Shown piece by piece: positions 31,299-42,400 of a stretch of 64,000 nucleotides of DNA. The position numbers and the translations under genes are program-made. Each line of letters opens with the position of its first letter. Within the stretch, counting starts at the first letter, position 1. The DNA comes from Cellulomonas sp. 73-92 (lineage in GTDB: Bacteria; Actinomycetota; Actinomycetes; Actinomycetales; Cellulomonadaceae), in NCBI RefSeq assembly GCF_001898175.1, contig NZ_MKTH01000006.1, positions 15,100 through 79,099 on the forward strand. The letters are read 5' to 3'. Below the pieces are notes generated by a model. That model saw nothing but the letters and a program-made list of their open reading frames with translations. It made no database searches and was not told where the DNA came from.

Positions 31299-31316
31299 CA
31301 GCGGACCATTGTGCCA
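31299..31316 (-). promoter_or_regulatory. 18-nt motif TGGCACAATGGTCCGCTG upstream of rpsP (shared with rplS)
   Basis: It is 17/18 identical to 29087-29104 and lies about 120 nt upstream of the rpsP GTG. It contains an extended -10-like TGnCACAAT. Confidence 0.4.
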
Positions 31317-31329
31317 GACGAGCGGACGG

Positions 31330-32409
31330 CTACGCGACGCGCGTCCCGCGCAGCACGACGGCGGTCGGCGCGGCCAGGACACGGATGTCCTCGCGCGGGT
31401 CGGCGGGGTAGACGACGAGGTCGGCGGGGGCGCCCTCCGCCAGGGCGGGCGCCCCGAGCCAGGCGCGTGTGCGCCAGCTCGCCGCGGCGACCACGGCGGA
31501 GGCCGGCAGCCCCGCCGCGACGAGCGCCGCGGCCTCGTCGGGCAGCCGCCCGTGCCCGATGGTGCCGCCGGCGTCGGTGCCGACGAGGATCGGCACGCCG
31601 GCGTCGAACAGGTCGCGCAGGTGGCGGTGGCGGCGGGCGTGCATCTCGCGCATCCGCGCCGCGTACACGGGATACCTCGTCGCGGCGGCGGCGATCTCCT
31701 CGAATCGGTCCACCTGCAGCATCGTCGCGGTCACCGGGATGCCGGCGGCGGCGATCCGCTCGATCTGCTCCGGGGACGCGCCGGTGGCGTGCTCGAGGCA
31801 GTCGACCCCGGCGTCGAGGAGGGCGTCGATGGTCTCGGTGGCGAACGTATGGACCGTGACCCGCGCGCCGGCGTCGTGCGCGGCGGCGATCGCCGCCGTG
31901 ACGAGCTGGTCGGACCACAGCGGGGTCAGGTCGCCGGGGCCGTCACGGTCGATCCAGTCGCCGACGATCTTCACCCAGCCGTCGCCGCGCGCCGCCTCCT
32001 CGCGCACCGCGCCGGGCAGCTCCTCGGGAGCGCGCAGCTCGCGGCCGTAGTACCGCAGGTAGCGCTTGGGCAGCGCGAGGTGGTGCCCCGCGCGCAGGAT
32101 CCGCGGGAGGTCCGCCCGGTCGTCGATCCAGCGCGTGTCCGAGGGCGAGCCCGCGTCGCGGACGAGCAGCACGCCGGAGTCGCGGTCCGCGAGCGCCTGC
32201 CGCTCGGCCGTCGCCGCGTCGACCGCGCCCGTGGCCGCGAGGCCGACGTGGCAGTGGACGTCGACGAGGCCCGGCAGCACCCAGCCGTCGAGCTCGTCGT
32301 CCGCGCCCCCGGCAGGCCGGGAGAAGGTGACCCGGTCGCCGACCACCCACGCCTCGCCCGCCGCACGCTCGTCGCCGAGCAGCACCGGGCCGCGCAGGTG
32401 CAGCGTCAT
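31330..32409 (-). CDS. metal-dependent amidohydrolase family protein
   Basis: LPGLVDVHCHVGL is the HxH metal motif. It also has VTVHTF and GTDAG. This is the conserved neighbour of ffh in actinobacteria. Confidence 0.85.
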   Translation of the reverse strand: MTLHLRGPVLLGDERAAGEAWVVGDRVTFSRPAGGADDELDGWVLPGLVDVHCHVGLAATGAVDAATAERQALADRDSGVLLVRDAGSPSDTRWIDDRADLPRILRAGHHLALPKRYLRYYGRELRAPEELPGAVREEAARGDGWVKIVGDWIDRDGPGDLTPLWSDQLVTAAIAAAHDAGARVTVHTFATETIDALLDAGVDCLEHATGASPEQIERIAAAGIPVTATMLQVDRFEEIAAAATRYPVYAARMREMHARRHRHLRDLFDAGVPILVGTDAGGTIGHGRLPDEAAALVAAGLPASAVVAAASWRTRAWLGAPALAEGAPADLVVYPADPREDIRVLAAPTAVVLRGTRVA

Positions 32410-32412
32410 CGG

Positions 32413-34014
32413 TCAGCGGCCGCCGAACAGCTTGCCGAAGCTCGTCGGGTCGAACTCGCCCGGGTCGGCGGGTGGCTTCCCCTGGCCGAGGCCGAACGCC
32501 GAGCCGGGAGCCGTGGGGGCGGCCGGGGCACCCACCTGGCGGTTGGCGGCCTGCTGCTCCTGCAGCGCGCGTTTCGCCGGGTTGCCGGACTTGCCCTTGG
32601 CCTTCTTCGGCGGCGGCGCCTGGCGGCCGCGGGCCTTCTTGCCCGAGCCCGGCATGTTGCCCAGGCCGGGCATGTTCCCGCCGCTCTTCGCCATCTGGCG
32701 CATCATCTTCTGCGCCTGGTCGAACCGCTCGAGCAGCTGGTTGATCTCGCTCGGCTGGGTGCCCGAGCCGCGGGCGATGCGGGCCCGGCGGGAGCCGTTG
32801 ATGATCTTCGGGGTGTCGCGCTCCGCCGGCGTCATCGACTGGATGATCGCCTGGATCCGGTCCACCTCGCGCTCGTCGAACGAGTCGAGCGCCTCGCGCA
32901 TCTGGCCCATGCCGGGCAGCATCCCCAGCATCTTCTTCAGCGGGCCGGCGTTGCGCAGCTGCTGCATCTGCATGAGGAAGTCGTCGAGCGTGAAGTCCTC
33001 GCCGGCGGCGAGCTTGCCCGCCATCCGCTCGGTCTGCTCGGCGTCGAACGCCTTCTGCGCCTGCTCGATGAGCGTGAGGACGTCGCCCATGTCGAGGATG
33101 CGCGAGGCCATCCGGTCGGGGTGGAACACCTCGAAGTCGCGCAGCTGCTCGCCGGTCGAGGCGAACAGGATCGGCCGGCCGGTGACCGTCGCGACCGAGA
33201 GCGCGGCGCCGCCGCGGGCGTCGCCGTCGAGCTTGGACAGCACGACGCCGGTGAACCCGACGCCCTCGGCGAAGGCGTTGGCCGTGGCGACCGCGTCCTG
33301 GCCGATCATCGCGTCGACGACGAAGAGGATCTCGTCGGGCTGCACCGCGTCCCGGATGTCCGCGGCCTGCCGCATCATCGCCTCGTCGACGCCGAGGCGG
33401 CCCGCGGTGTCGACGATGACCACGTCGTGCTGCTTGTCGAGGGCGAACGCGACCCCGTCGCGCGCGACCGCGACCGGGTCGGCACCGAGCGGCAGCGTGT
33501 CGAGGTCGACCGCGGCCTGGTTGCCCGGGTGCGGCGCGAACACCGGCACGCCGGCGCGCTCCCCCACCACCTGCAGCTGGGTCACGGCGTTGGGCCGCTG
33601 GAGGTCGGCGGCGACGAGCACGGGGGTGTGCCCCTGCTCCCGCAGGTGCACGGCGAGCTTGCCGGCCAGGGTCGTCTTGCCCGCGCCCTGGAGGCCGGCG
33701 AGCAGGATGACCGTCGGCGGCCGCTTGGCCAGCGTCAGCTGGCGCGTCGACCCGCCGAGGATCGCGACGAGCTCGTCGTGCACGATCTTGACGACCTGCT
33801 GCGCCGGGTTGAGCGCGCCGGACACCTCGGCGCCGAGCGCGCGCTCGCGCACCGCGGCGGTGAACTGGCGGACCACGGGCACGGCGACGTCGGCGTCGAG
33901 CAGCGCCCGGCGGATCTCGCGGACGGTGGCATCGACGTCCGCCTCCGACAGCCGACCCCGGGTGCGCAGGTTCCGGAAGGTCGACGTCAGTCGGTCGGAG
34001 AGGTTGTTGAACAA
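32413..34014 (-). CDS. ffh: signal recognition particle protein Ffh
   Basis: It has the N domain, the G domain (LAGLQGAGKTT, DTAGR, TKLDGDARGG) and a Met-rich M domain (MLGMLPGMGQM). Confidence 0.96.
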   Translation of the reverse strand: MFNNLSDRLTSTFRNLRTRGRLSEADVDATVREIRRALLDADVAVPVVRQFTAAVRERALGAEVSGALNPAQQVVKIVHDELVAILGGSTRQLTLAKRPPTVILLAGLQGAGKTTLAGKLAVHLREQGHTPVLVAADLQRPNAVTQLQVVGERAGVPVFAPHPGNQAAVDLDTLPLGADPVAVARDGVAFALDKQHDVVIVDTAGRLGVDEAMMRQAADIRDAVQPDEILFVVDAMIGQDAVATANAFAEGVGFTGVVLSKLDGDARGGAALSVATVTGRPILFASTGEQLRDFEVFHPDRMASRILDMGDVLTLIEQAQKAFDAEQTERMAGKLAAGEDFTLDDFLMQMQQLRNAGPLKKMLGMLPGMGQMREALDSFDEREVDRIQAIIQSMTPAERDTPKIINGSRRARIARGSGTQPSEINQLLERFDQAQKMMRQMAKSGGNMPGLGNMPGSGKKARGRQAPPPKKAKGKSGNPAKRALQEQQAANRQVGAPAAPTAPGSAFGLGQGKPPADPGEFDPTSFGKLFGGR

Positions 34015-34024
34015 GGCGCCTCAC

Positions 34025-35797
34025 TCAGTCGGACGGACGCCCCAGGGTACCCGCCAGCCGGGCCGTGGCCCGGGCGACGAGCTCGTCGACGAGGGTCGCC
34101 CGCCACGAGGTCCACGCCGCGGGACCGGCCGCCGACGCGTCGGCCTCGACGAGCGCGCGCAGCAGCTGCAGCAGGTCCTGGCGGTGGTCGACCGCGGCCA
34201 GCAGCCGGTCAACCGTCGCGGGGTCCGCCGGGTCCTCCTGCGTCGCCAGGTCGGGCAGCGTGAGGTGCTCGCGGACCAGGCGCGCGACGTCGGCGGCGAC
34301 CTGGTCGCCGAACCCCATCCGCACGACGATCGGGCCGGCCAGGCGCGCCCCCTCGGCGGCATGGTCGCCGCCACCGGCCCGCTTGCCGATGTCGTGCAGC
34401 AGCGCCGCCAGCAGCAAGGTCTCCGAGCCGTGCCACTCCTTGCCCACGCGCGCCACCGTCTCGACGAGGTGCCGGTCGACCGTGTGGCGGTGGATCGGGG
34501 ACCGCTGCGGCCGGTTCCGCACGCCGGCCCACTCCGGGATCCAGGTGGTGACGACGCCGGCGAGGTCCAGCGCCTCCCACACCGGCACCTGCGCCTGACC
34601 CGACCCGAGCAGGGCCACGAGCTGGGCGCGGGCCGGCTTGGGCCACGGCACCGGCAGCGGCGGCGTCGCCTCGAGGCTCGCCACGGTGACCGGCGACAGC
34701 ACCAGGCCCGTCCGCGCGGCCGTCGCGGCCGCGCGCAGCGACAGCACGGGGTCGTCGGCCGGGCGGGCGTCGGCGGCCAGCACCAGCTCGCCGTCGTGCT
34801 CGACGAGGCCCTCGGCGATCGCGCGCAGGCGCGGTGGCTGGCGCCGGCCGCGCACGAGGAAGGGCGGCGCCGGACGCTGCAGCGCCTGGCGGGCGCTGCG
34901 CACGGTCGTGTCGACCGCGTAGGAGATGACGCGGCCGGCCTCCGCGATCGAGGCGAGCAGGTCGTCACGGTCGTCGAACCCGACCCGCGCGGCGACCTCG
35001 TCCTGGTCGGCCAGCAGCAGGCGGTTGGTGTGCCGGCCGGTGACGACCTGCACCGCGTCCCGGACGTCCAGCAGGTGGTGGTAGGCGGCGTCGACCGCGC
35101 CGTGCGGCCGGTCGGTCAGCCAGGTGGCGGCCAGCGCGGAGAGCACCACGGCGTCGCGGATGCCGCCGCGCGCCTCCTTGAGGTCCGGCTCCAGCAGGTA
35201 GGCGAGCTCGCCGAAGCGCTCCGCCCGGCCCTTCGTCGAGGAGAGCAGCTCCGGCAGCCGACGACGAGCCGCCGACCGCCAGTCCTCGAGGAGCGCCGAC
35301 ATCGCCCGGGCGACGACCACCGGGTCGCCGGCGACGTGCCGCAGCTCGAGCAGCCCGACCGCCGCGGGCAGGTCCTTGCTCGCCACCTGCCGGCACTGCG
35401 CCAGCGAGCGCACCGAGTGGTCGAGGTCGAGCCCCGCGTCCCACACCGGGTACCAGAGCCGCTCGGCGAGCCGCTGCAGGTCCTCGGGCGACCGGCCCCG
35501 GCCCTCGTGCACGAGGAGCAGGTCGAGGTCGCTGATCGGGGACGCGTCCCCGCGCCCGATGCTCCCGACGGCGCCGAGCGCGAGCCCGGTCGTGTCGAGG
35601 TCCGCGGTCGCGGTCTCCCACAGCTCCCCCAGGCGCTGCACGACGAGGTCCGCCACCGCACGCCGGCGCGCGACGCCGTCGGTGCCGGGGCCGGCCAGCG
35701 ACGCCGCGAGCTCCAGGCGCTGACGCCGCAGGTCCCGCACCCCGGGAGCGGGGTACGGGACCTGCGGGCCGGGCGGTGCGCTCGGCCGAGCGGTCAC
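34025..35797 (-). CDS. glnD: PII uridylyl/adenylyl-transferase GlnD, short form (NTase + HD, no ACT domains)
   Basis: The NTase motif is [22 protein letters not shown], and the HD domain is [11 protein letters not shown]. The protein ends about 135 aa after the HD motif, and ffh starts 10 nt later. Confidence 0.88.
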   Translation of the reverse strand: MTARPSAPPGPQVPYPAPGVRDLRRQRLELAASLAGPGTDGVARRRAVADLVVQRLGELWETATADLDTTGLALGAVGSIGRGDASPISDLDLLLVHEGRGRSPEDLQRLAERLWYPVWDAGLDLDHSVRSLAQCRQVASKDLPAAVGLLELRHVAGDPVVVARAMSALLEDWRSAARRRLPELLSSTKGRAERFGELAYLLEPDLKEARGGIRDAVVLSALAATWLTDRPHGAVDAAYHHLLDVRDAVQVVTGRHTNRLLLADQDEVAARVGFDDRDDLLASIAEAGRVISYAVDTTVRSARQALQRPAPPFLVRGRRQPPRLRAIAEGLVEHDGELVLAADARPADDPVLSLRAAATAARTGLVLSPVTVASLEATPPLPVPWPKPARAQLVALLGSGQAQVPVWEALDLAGVVTTWIPEWAGVRNRPQRSPIHRHTVDRHLVETVARVGKEWHGSETLLLAALLHDIGKRAGGGDHAAEGARLAGPIVVRMGFGDQVAADVARLVREHLTLPDLATQEDPADPATVDRLLAAVDHRQDLLQLLRALVEADASAAGPAAWTSWRATLVDELVARATARLAGTLGRPSD

Positions 35798-35804
35798 ACC
35801 GTGC

Positions 35805-37561
<1,757 letters not shown>

Positions 37562-37641
37562 CCGTTTCTCCCGTGGCCAGCCGGGTGGCTCGCCGCGGTG
37601 ACAACGGTGGCGGTGCGCGATTTCCGCGGGTCGCCGCGCGC

Positions 37642-37688
37642 GTTACGCCGGCGTCACGTCCGTGCGGTCGACGTAAACATCGTGTGAC
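37642..37688 (-). promoter_or_regulatory. two GlnR-box-like direct half-site pairs upstream of amtB-glnK-glnD
   Basis: The minus strand reads GTCAC-acgatg-TTTAC-n15-GTGAC-gccggc-GTAAC, 80-127 nt upstream of the amtB ATG. It resembles the actinobacterial gTnAc-n6-GaAAc pattern. Confidence 0.35.
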
Positions 37689-37703
37689 GTGGCCGGGTCC
37701 GTC

Positions 37704-38918
37704 TCATGCTCCGAGAAGGCCGTCCACGAACGCCTCGGGGTCGAAGGGCGCGAGGTCGTCGGGGCCCTCGCCCAGCCCGACGAGCTTGACGGGCACCCCG
37801 AGCTCGCGCTGCACGGCGACGACGATGCCGCCCTTGGCGGTGCCGTCGAGCTTGGTGAGGACGATGCCCGTCACCCCGGCGACCTCCGTGAACACGCGCG
37901 CCTGGTTGAGTCCGTTCTGGCCCGTCGTGGCGTCGAGCACGAGGAGCACCTCGGACAGCGGCGCGGTGCGGGTCAGCACGCGCGTGATCTTGCCCAGCTC
38001 GTCCATGAGGCCGGCCTTGTTCTGCAGGCGCCCCGCCGTGTCGACAAGCACCACGTCCGCGCCGTCGGCGCGCGCGGCGCGCACCGCGTCGAACGCCACC
38101 GACGCCGGGTCGGCACCCTCGCGGTCGGCCCGCACCGTCGGGACGCCCACGCGGGCCCCCCACGTCGTCAGCTGCTCGGCGGCGGCCGCGCGGAAGGTGT
38201 CGGCCGCACCGAGCACCACGGTCCGACCGTCGGCGACGAGCACGCGCGCGAGCTTGCCGACGGTCGTCGTCTTGCCCGTGCCGTTGACGCCGACGACGAG
38301 CACGATCGCCGGCGTGGTGGCACCGTCCTCGTCCAGCGTCGGGGTCGTGTCGAGCGAACGGTCCAGCGTCGGGTCGACGAGGTCCAGCAGCTGCTCGCGC
38401 AGCAGGGCCCGCACCTGCGCCGGGTCGCCGGTGCCGGTGACCCGCACCCGGGTGCGCAGCGCGTCGACGATCTCGCCGGTCGGACCGGCGCCGACGTCGG
38501 CCAGCAGCAGGGTCTCCTCGATCTCGTCCCAGTCGGCGTCGGACAGCCGGTCGCGCGACAGCACGGCCAGCAGGCGGGCGCCGAGCGGCGAGCCGGACCG
38601 CGCGAGGCGGTCGCGCAGCCGGGTGAGGCGGCCGCTGGTCGGGGCCGGCGTCTCGACCGCCACCGGGGCCGGGGCCTCGGGCGCCTCCGGCTCGAGCGCC
38701 GGGAGCGTCTCGGCCTCCGGCGGCGCAGCCTGGGACGGGATCCCCGTGGCCGGCGGCGCGGCGACCCGCGTCGGCGCGGCGCCCTCGCCGGGTGCGGGCG
38801 GCTGCTGCGTCCTGCGCCGGCGGCGCAGGCCGACGGCGGTGCCGACGCCGGCGACGATCACGACCAGCGGCACGCCGCCGGCCAGGAGCCAGGTGAGGAT
38901 CTCGTGGGTCACCGGCAC
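37704..38918 (-). CDS. ftsY: SRP receptor FtsY with N-terminal TM and Pro/Ala-rich linker
   Basis: The NG domain has VVGVNGTGKTTT, DTAGRL, TKLDGTAKGG. The N-terminus is LLAGGVPLVVIVAGVGTAV. Confidence 0.94.
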   Translation of the reverse strand: MPVTHEILTWLLAGGVPLVVIVAGVGTAVGLRRRRRTQQPPAPGEGAAPTRVAAPPATGIPSQAAPPEAETLPALEPEAPEAPAPVAVETPAPTSGRLTRLRDRLARSGSPLGARLLAVLSRDRLSDADWDEIEETLLLADVGAGPTGEIVDALRTRVRVTGTGDPAQVRALLREQLLDLVDPTLDRSLDTTPTLDEDGATTPAIVLVVGVNGTGKTTTVGKLARVLVADGRTVVLGAADTFRAAAAEQLTTWGARVGVPTVRADREGADPASVAFDAVRAARADGADVVLVDTAGRLQNKAGLMDELGKITRVLTRTAPLSEVLLVLDATTGQNGLNQARVFTEVAGVTGIVLTKLDGTAKGGIVVAVQRELGVPVKLVGLGEGPDDLAPFDPEAFVDGLLGA

Positions 38919-38982
38919 AGTCTGTCGGTCCGCCGCGGGCGGGCGCGACTCGCGCCGTCAGCCCGCGCGGGACCCGGGGGCG

Positions 38983-39312
38983 TCAGCCCTCGGCGTCGTG
39001 CCCGTGCCCGGGCAGCACCCGGACGGCCGCGGCGTGCAGCGACCCCGCCAGCTCGCCGGGCTCGAGGTAGCCGCCGCCGGGCTCGACGTTGGCCCGCAGC
39101 ATCTGCTCGAGCGAGACGTCGACCGGCTGGACCGCGGCGAGGCTCCGCGCCTCGGCGCGCAGCTCCGCGTCCGGCCGGAGCCAGGCCCGCAGCCCGCGCC
39201 GGAACGCCCGGACCGGGCGCTCGCCCTCGCGTCGCGGCGCCTCCACGGTCGCCAGCAGGGCGACGGCGGCGGCGGCGAGGAGGGCGAGGGCGACGACGAC
39301 GAGAACGGCCAT
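38983..39312 (-). CDS. hypothetical small membrane-anchored protein (109 aa)
   Basis: MAVLVVVALALLAAAAVALLATV is a TM helix, followed by a charged tail. GC3 is near-saturating in this frame. It is on the same strand as the flanking ftsY and smc. I recognise no family. Confidence 0.55.
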   Translation of the reverse strand: MAVLVVVALALLAAAAVALLATVEAPRREGERPVRAFRRGLRAWLRPDAELRAEARSLAAVQPVDVSLEQMLRANVEPGGGYLEPGELAGSLHAAAVRVLPGHGHDAEG

Positions 39313-39400
39313 GCCGCCATCGTGCGCCCGATCATGGGACGTCTCCAGCCCAGGGACGGGGCCTCACGCACGCGTCACGAAACCTTCACCGCGCGGCACG

Positions 39401-42400
39401 TCAGGCCGGCACGTCCTCCCGCAGCCGCTGGCTGATGACGGCCGACACGCCGTCGCCGCGCATGGTGACGCCGTACAGGGCGTCGGCGATCTCCATCGTC
39501 CGCTTCTGGTGCGTGACGACGATGAGCTGCGAGCTCGTCCGCAGCTCGCGCAGCAGCTCGAGCAGGCGGTCGAGGTTGGTGTCGTCGAGCGCCGCCTCGA
39601 CCTCGTCCATGACGTAGAACGGGCTCGGGCGGGCCCGGAAGATCGCCACGAGCAGCGCCACGGCGGTCAGGGACCGCTCGCCGCCGGAGAGCAGCGACAG
39701 TCGCTTGACCTTCTTGCCCGCCGGGCGGGCCTCCACCTCGATGCCGGTGGCCAGCATGTCGTCCGGCGCGGTGAGGACCAGCCGGCCCTCGCCGCCCGGG
39801 AAGAGCCGGCCGAAGACCTCGACGAACTGGGTGGCCGTGTCGGCGAAGGCCTCGGCGAACACCTGCTCGACGCGCTCGTCGATGTCGGCGACGATCTGCA
39901 GCAGGTCCGCACGGGACTTCTTGAGGTCGGCGAGCTGCTCGGTGAGGAACCGGTGCCGCTCCTCCAGCGCCTCGAACTCCTCGAGCGCGAGCGGGTTGAC
40001 GCGGCCCAGCAGCGCGAGCTGGCGCTCGGCGGCGGCGAGGCGCTTCTCCTGCTGCTCGCGCACGTACGGGATCGCGCTCGGGGCCTGGCCGGCGGGCTCG
40101 GTCCCCGGCGCGGCGAGCACCGGCACGTCCCGGTGCGGTCCGTACTCGTCGACGAGGACGTCGGGGTCGATGCCCAGCTCCTCGACCGATCGTTGGGCCA
40201 ACGCCTCGACCCGCAGCCGCTGCTGCGTGCGCGCCACCTCGTCGCGGTGGACGACGTCGGTGAGCTGCGCCAGCTCGGTCGCGAGCGCGTCGGCCGCGCC
40301 GCGGGCCTGCACCAGGGCGGCCTCGCGCTCGGCACGGGCCGCCTCGGCGGCCGCCCGCTCGTCGGACGCCCGCGCCAGCGAGCCCTCGAGCACCGCGAGC
40401 GCGTGCACGGCGCCGGCGTGGACGGCGCGGGCGGTGGCGGCCTGGTGGGCGCGGGCGACCTCCCGGCGGGCGACACGCTCGCGCGCCTCCCGCTCGGCCT
40501 GCGCCGCGCGCTCGAGCGACTCGGCACGCCCGGCGAGTGCCCGGGCCCGCTCCTCGGCGGTCCGCAGCGTCAGGCGTCCCTCGGTCTCGCGGGCGCGCGC
40601 CAGCGCGGCGGCGGCGGCCAGGTCGTCCCGCTCGCGCGTGCCGGTGGCGATGCGCGCCTCCGACTCGGCGGGCTCCTCCTCGACGGCCGCCAGCCGCTGC
40701 GTGAGCTCGGCGAGCGCGGCGGTGTCCTCCTCGAGCGCCTTCGCCGCCGCGTCGAGCGACGCCTGGACGCGATCGGCCTCGGCACGTGCCGAGCGCGCGA
40801 CCTGCCCGAGGTTCGCCAGCTGCTCGGCGACGGCGGCCAGCGCGGCGTCCGACTCGTTGAGACGCTCCAGCGTGCGGTCGTACTCGGCCTGGGCGTCGGC
40901 CCGCGCCTGCTGGGCCGCCGTGAGCTCGAACCGCAGCCGCTCCGCGGTCGCCCTCGCGGCCTGCGCACCGGAGCGGGCCTGGTCCAGCGCCGCCTGCAGG
41001 TGGAGCGCGCTGGGGGCGCCCGACGAGCCGCCGGAGGCGCGCCGGGCGGACAGCAGGTCACCGGCCCGCGTGGCGACGACGAGGTCGGGGCGCTGGGCCA
41101 GCACCGATCGGGCGGCGGCCAGGTCGTCGACGACGACGACGCCGGCCAGCAGCGCACGCACCGTCGTGCGCACCCGGGACGGGGCCTGGACCAGGTCGAT
41201 CGCGGCCCGGGCGCCCGGGGGCAGGTCGCCGAGGGCGGCGTGCGCCTCGGCGTCCGACGACCCGACGAGGAGGGTCGCCCGGCCGGCATCCTCGGTGCGC
41301 AGGTAGCGGATCGCGTCGACGGCCGCCTCCACCGACTCCACGGCCACGGCGTCGGCGAGCGGGCCGAGGGCGGCGACGATCGCGTCCTCGTCGCGCTGGT
41401 CGACCTGCAGGAGTGCGGCGACCGACCCGATGGTGCCCGTCAGGGCGTCGGCGGCCAGCAGGGCGCCCGCGCCGTCCTTGCGCGACAGGCTGAGCTCCAG
41501 CGTCTCGGCACGGGCCGTCAGCGAGCCACGCTCGCGCTCGGCGGCGGCCAGCTCGTCGGACAGTGCCGCGACCCGGGCGTGCGCGTCTTCGAGCGCGGCG
41601 ACGGCCGACTCGTGCGCGGCGTCGAGGCCTTCCTCGCCCTCCTCCGCGCCCGTGACCTGGGTCTCCAGCTCGGTGAAGCGCGTCGTCGCCTCGTGCGCAC
41701 GGTTCTCGGCGGCGGCGAGCGTTGCCCGCAGCCGGCCGATCTCCTCGCCGGTCGCCTCCAGGCGGCTGCGGCGCGCGCCCACCTGACCCGCGAGCCGGGC
41801 GACGCCCTCGCGACGGTCGGCCGCGGCGCGCAGGGCCGTGGCCAGGTCACGCTCCGCGGCCTGGGCCTCCTGCTCCGCCGCCTGCCGCCCCTCCACGGCC
41901 GCCTCGAGCGCGGTGCGCGCGACGTCGACCTCGGCCGCGAGCTCCGCCTCGGCGGCCCGGACCCGCTCCGCCTGCGCGAGCAGCTCGTCGACGTCCTGCC
42001 CGGGCGCACGCTCGCCGGCGGACTCGCCGAGCAGGCGGGCGCGGTCGGCGGCGAGCGACGCGGTGCCACGCAGCCGTTCGCGCAGGGCCGAGAGGCGGTA
42101 CCAGAGCTCGCCCGCCTCGGCGACGTGCGGGGCCGCCTCCGCGGCCTCCCGCTCCAACGCCGCCAGCGTGGTGCGCGTCGCCGTCAGCTGCGCCTCGACC
42201 TCGTCGTGCCGCGCGCGCAGCGCGGTCTCGTCGGCGACCTCCTGGGCGAGCTGCGCCTGCAGCTGCGCCAGGTCGTCGGCCAGCAGCCGGGCGCGGGCGT
42301 CGCGCAGGTCGGCCTGGACCACCGCCGCCTTGCGGGCGACCTCGGCCTGCCGTCCGAGCGGGCCGAGCTGGCGGCGGATCTCGCCGGTGAGGTCCGTGAG

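Noticed and set aside
29087-31316. TGGCAC in the shared 18-nt motif resembles the sigma-54 -24 element
   Set aside because: The -12 TTGC element is missing at the required spacing. To my knowledge Actinobacteria lack rpoN. An extended -10 reading fits better.
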